From Actinomycetota bacterium (GTDB lineage: Bacteria; Actinomycetota; Acidimicrobiia; Acidimicrobiales; Ilumatobacteraceae), in assembly GCA_041159045.1 (NCBI GenBank), contig JBEBAF010000013.1, positions 1 to 38,439 on the forward strand: a stretch of 38,439 nucleotides of DNA, in the 5' to 3' direction. Of the stretch, positions 35,577-38,439 are shown piece after piece. A model generated the notes under the pieces. That model was given only the letters and a program-made list of their open reading frames with translations. It was not told the DNA's origin and did not search any database. Every line of letters starts with the position of its first letter. Position 1 is the first letter of the stretch. The translations under genes were made by a program, and so were the position numbers.

Positions 35577-35978
35577 GTGCATTTGGTTTCAGCCCTGTTC
35601 GTCGACAACTTTGAGATGCGTCAGGTCGAAGGCCCGAGCACGCGTATCGATGTCACAGGCGCATATTTTTCGACTGTCGCACCATCGCCCCCTCCTGTCA
35701 CGTTGTCGCCTCATCTCATCGCCCTGATCTATTGCGAGCCGGATGAATCAAGCGAAGGAGTTTTCGAGGTGGTCTTCAGAAAGGGTTTGACCGAGGGAAG
35801 CGAGCAAGTTGCCCGCAACGTCAGCCCGTTTCGCGTCGACCCCGGCAAATTCACGTACCGTCTCGTTCGGGCCGAACTTGAGTTCGACGATTACGAGACC
35901 ATTTACGCGCATTGCAGGACCAATCGAGATCCGTGGCGCGTTGTGCCTCTCTCGCTCCTGAAGGGTGCGAACGGTTAG
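35577..35978 (+). CDS. hypothetical protein, 133 aa
   Basis: GTG start with TAGGGT (35565-35570) 6 nt upstream. No motif recognised. Its TAG stop lies within a TAGTCT hexamer upstream of tkt. Confidence 0.55.
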   Translation: MHLVSALFVDNFEMRQVEGPSTRIDVTGAYFSTVAPSPPPVTLSPHLIALIYCEPDESSEGVFEVVFRKGLTEGSEQVARNVSPFRVDPGKFTYRLVRAELEFDDYETIYAHCRTNRDPWRVVPLSLLKGANG

Positions 35979-35987
35979 TCTGCGAAA

Positions 35988-37928
35988 GTGGATCAACAAG
36001 AATTTGACGCGTTAGCAATCGCGACTATTCGTGGAATCGCGATGGACGCGCCCTTCCACGCGAAAAGCGGTCATCAAGGAACCGCGATGGCACTCGCTCC
36101 TCTTGCCCACACGCTGTATTCACGCGTCATGAGTCATCACCCGAGCGCCCCTCTGTGGCCCACACGCGATCGCTTCATCCTTTCGGGTGGTCATGCCTCG
36201 ATCCTGCAATACGCCTTGCTGTGGCTGAACGGTTACGGCCTGGAACTCGAAGATCTCAAGAACTTCCGTCAATTGTCGTCCCGAACTCCCGGTCATCCGG
36301 AAGTGGGTCATACCGCAGGGGTCGAAGTGACGACCGGACCGCTCGGTCAGGGATTTGCAAATGCCGTCGGGATGGCGATAGCGGAAGAGCACATTCGTGC
36401 TCGTGTCGGCGACGGCGCGATGTCGCACTACACGTACGTCGTCGCAGGAGATGGCTGCCTCATGGAGGGCATCAGTCACGAAGCAGCATCCCTGGCGGGC
36501 CACCTTGCCCTCGAGCGTCTCATTTGTGTGTTCGACGACAACCACATCACGATCGACGGATCGACCGACCTCACGTGCAGCGACGACGTTCCCGGTCGCT
36601 TCCGTTCGTATGGATGGAACGTGATCGAAGCCGGAGACATTGCCGAGGATTGCGATGCTCTGGAGAAGGTGCTCATACAGGCAAAGGCGCACCGCGGTTC
36701 ACCCACGTTGATGGTTCTTCCGACACGCATCGGCTTTCCGTCCCCCGATTTCACCGACAAGCACGCCGCGCACGGGAATCCGTTCGTGGCCGAACACATC
36801 ACGCGCACCAAGGCTGCGATGGGCATTCCCGACGAACCTTTCTGGGTCAAGGCGGAACTTCTCGCGCATTACCGCGAGCACGCCGCGACACGTTGCGCAC
36901 CAGCCCATTCCGCCTGGATGTCCTCGGACGCGAAGAGGAAACTCGAAGATTTTGCTCCGCACGACGCCGGCGCACGGGCTCGATCCGCATTGCCGACGTT
37001 TGGGCGCGAGGAATCACCTGCGACGAGAGTTGCGATTCAGAAGGTTTTGGCAGCCACGTCGGAAGTGGTGCCCAACGCAATCGCCGGCGCAGCAGATCTC
37101 ACGGGCAACACGGGGGCGAAGATGAACCCCGACACTCCGTTTTCCGCACAGAACCGCGATGCGCGCCAGATCTATTTTGGAATTCGCGAGCACGCGATGG
37201 GTGCTTTGGCCAACGGCATGGCGTTGCACGGCTTTCTGGTGCCCGTTGTCGGAACCTTCTTCGTGTTTGCCGACTACATGCGACCGGCAATACGACTCGC
37301 AGCGCTGTCGCACGCGAAGGTCGTCTTCGTTTTCAGCCACGATTCGGTTGGGGTTGGCGAAGACGGCCCCACGCACCAGCCGGTCGAGCACCTCGCATCG
37401 TTGCGCGTCATTCCGAACCTGCGTGTCGTCAGGCCCGCAGATGCCGTCGAAACCGCAGCTGCTTATGCCCAGGCGCTCGACTACGACGGTCCGACGGCAT
37501 TGATCCTCAGTCGACAGAACCTTCCGGTGGTCACCGACGGTTCCGCCGTAGCAAACGGAGCCGGTGTCGTCGGCGTTGACGCGAACGAGCCTGACGTGGT
37601 TCTCATGGCGACAGGTAGCGAAGTGTCGGTTGCAGTCGACGCGGCAAAAGAACTTGCCGGGCTCGGTATCGCGGCCCGCGTCGTTTCTGCGCCGTGTCCC
37701 GAGCTCTATGCCCAGCAAAGCCTCGAGCTCCGGAGTCGCATACAGCCATCGGGTGTACCCGTGTTGTCGATCGAAGCCGGATCGACCTTTGGGTGGGAGC
37801 GTTTTGCAGATTCGAGCATCGGTATCGACCAATTCGGCACCAGTGCACCGGGTTCGATTGCGCTCGACCACTTTGGAATCAACTCAGCCGCGGTTGCGGC
37901 CCGCGCCCGCGAGATGGTGGGTAAATGA
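35988..37928 (+). CDS. tkt: transketolase
   Basis: 646 aa. It contains SGHQGTAMALAP, ILSGGHAS, TTGPLGQGFANAVGMA and GDGCLMEGISHEA, the ThDP-binding signature. GTG start. Confidence 0.93.
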   Translation: MDQQEFDALAIATIRGIAMDAPFHAKSGHQGTAMALAPLAHTLYSRVMSHHPSAPLWPTRDRFILSGGHASILQYALLWLNGYGLELEDLKNFRQLSSRTPGHPEVGHTAGVEVTTGPLGQGFANAVGMAIAEEHIRARVGDGAMSHYTYVVAGDGCLMEGISHEAASLAGHLALERLICVFDDNHITIDGSTDLTCSDDVPGRFRSYGWNVIEAGDIAEDCDALEKVLIQAKAHRGSPTLMVLPTRIGFPSPDFTDKHAAHGNPFVAEHITRTKAAMGIPDEPFWVKAELLAHYREHAATRCAPAHSAWMSSDAKRKLEDFAPHDAGARARSALPTFGREESPATRVAIQKVLAATSEVVPNAIAGAADLTGNTGAKMNPDTPFSAQNRDARQIYFGIREHAMGALANGMALHGFLVPVVGTFFVFADYMRPAIRLAALSHAKVVFVFSHDSVGVGEDGPTHQPVEHLASLRVIPNLRVVRPADAVETAAAYAQALDYDGPTALILSRQNLPVVTDGSAVANGAGVVGVDANEPDVVLMATGSEVSVAVDAAKELAGLGIAARVVSAPCPELYAQQSLELRSRIQPSGVPVLSIEAGSTFGWERFADSSIGIDQFGTSAPGSIALDHFGINSAAVAARAREMVGK

Positions 37929-38439
37929 CCCGTCTTCAACGACTGTCGTCTGAATTCGGTCAAAGCCCGTGGCTCGACAATCTACGTCGCAGTTACATCG
38001 CCGACGGAACTCTCAAAGCCCTCGTTGCGCGCGGTGTTCGCGGACTCACATCGAATCCGACGATCTTTCAGAAGGCGATTCAAGGATCGGTCGAATACGA
38101 CGATCAGTTTTCTCGCCTTTCTGCCGACGGGCTGTCGATCGAACAGATCTATTGGGAAATGGTTCTCAGCGATATTCGCGGGGCGCTCGATATTTTCGAG
38201 CCTGTCTATAGGTCCTCCCACGGCGTCGACGGTTACGTCAGTGTCGAGGTTGATCCGATGTTGGCCCACGACACTGACGGGACCCTCGCTGCTGCCCGCG
38301 ACCTCCGCGCACGAATTGCCCAGTCGAACGTCATGATCAAAGTCCCGGCAACTCTGGAAGGTCTTCCCGCGATTCGACAATTGACCGCTGAAGGTGTGTC
38401 GGTCAACGTCACTTTGATCTTCAGCCTCGAGCGTTACTC
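37925..38439 (+). CDS. tal: transaldolase (actinobacterial long type); 3' end runs off the right window edge
   Basis: Absent from the ORF track because it is open-ended. My translation from ATG 37925, which overlaps the tkt stop (ATGA), gives MTRLQRLSSEFGQSPWLDNLRRSYIADGTLKALVARGVRGLTSNPTIFQKAI...YVSVEVDP...VMIKVPAT, containing transaldolase hallmarks. The tkt-tal order is typical for actinobacteria. Confidence 0.88.
   Translation, partial: MTRLQRLSSEFGQSPWLDNLRRSYIADGTLKALVARGVRGLTSNPTIFQKAIQGSVEYDDQFSRLSADGLSIEQIYWEMVLSDIRGALDIFEPVYRSSHGVDGYVSVEVDPMLAHDTDGTLAAARDLRARIAQSNVMIKVPATLEGLPAIRQLTAEGVSVNVTLIFSLERY

Noticed and set aside
36155-37871. 474-aa plus-strand ORF (36155..37579) and 285-aa minus-strand ORF (37014..37871) inside tkt.
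   Set aside because: These are alternative-frame or antisense shadow ORFs within an unambiguous transketolase gene. Their products are extremely Arg-rich with no motifs.
1-38439. Scan for CRISPR arrays, tRNA/rRNA genes, IS elements, integrases, toxin-antitoxin pairs and defence-system hallmarks.
   Set aside because: None found. Intergenic regions are almost all under 100 nt. The only long ones (2540-2783, 13224-13405, 28260-28490) are explained by a riboswitch or promoter/5'-UTR sequence. No repeat-spacer periodicity or transposase-like ORF was seen. A by-eye scan cannot exclude small RNAs.

Overview
This 38.4 kb window is high-GC chromosomal DNA. It looks like an actinobacterium because it carries WhiB, Pup, DUF4193, and a HelY-TatC-TatA block syntenic with the Mycobacterium Rv2092c-Rv2094c region. 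I could not place it more finely. Coding density is very high and about 30 of roughly 40 genes are on the minus strand.

The centrepiece is a complete, compact Pup-proteasome locus: mpa-dop-pup-prcB-prcA-pafA (28259 down to 21947), followed directly by lepB.

Other content, left to right:
- gcvP, open at the left edge and absent from the ORF track, preceded by a tandem glycine riboswitch.
- A PLP-decarboxylase / luciferase-like monooxygenase pair.
- A small Cys4 protein divergent from threonine aldolase.
- whiB plus a kinase-fold protein.
- prmA, a gamma-carbonic-anhydrase-like protein, a 447-aa uncharacterised protein and a crotonase.
- A translationally coupled three-gene operon headed by a hyper-acidic DUF4193 protein.
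- A double-length ThyX, an M20 amidohydrolase, an orphan DAGK-accessory-domain protein coupled to helY, then tatC and tatA/B.
- A GDPD phosphodiesterase, ferredoxin and trmI.
- Three small membrane or basic ORFs, PBP4-type dacB, and an ADP-forming acetyl-CoA-synthetase-like protein.
- A TetR / fatty-acid-desaturase divergent pair, and tkt-tal (tal is open at the right edge).

I found no rRNA, tRNA, CRISPR array, integrase or transposase. Most of this is core housekeeping and I see no convincing accessory island.

The most notable observations:
- A recurrent TAGNNT-N6-start arrangement implies many leaderless mRNAs. Three of these are junctions where a TAG stop codon is itself the start of the -10 hexamer.
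- The uncharacterised DUF4193 operon sits next to thyX.
- The ThyX signature motif is split across the two halves of the long ThyX.
- An orphan DAGK accessory domain is coupled to helY.

CDS coordinates come from ORF-track arithmetic (residue offsets). Small non-coding features were indexed by hand and may be off by 1-2 nt.
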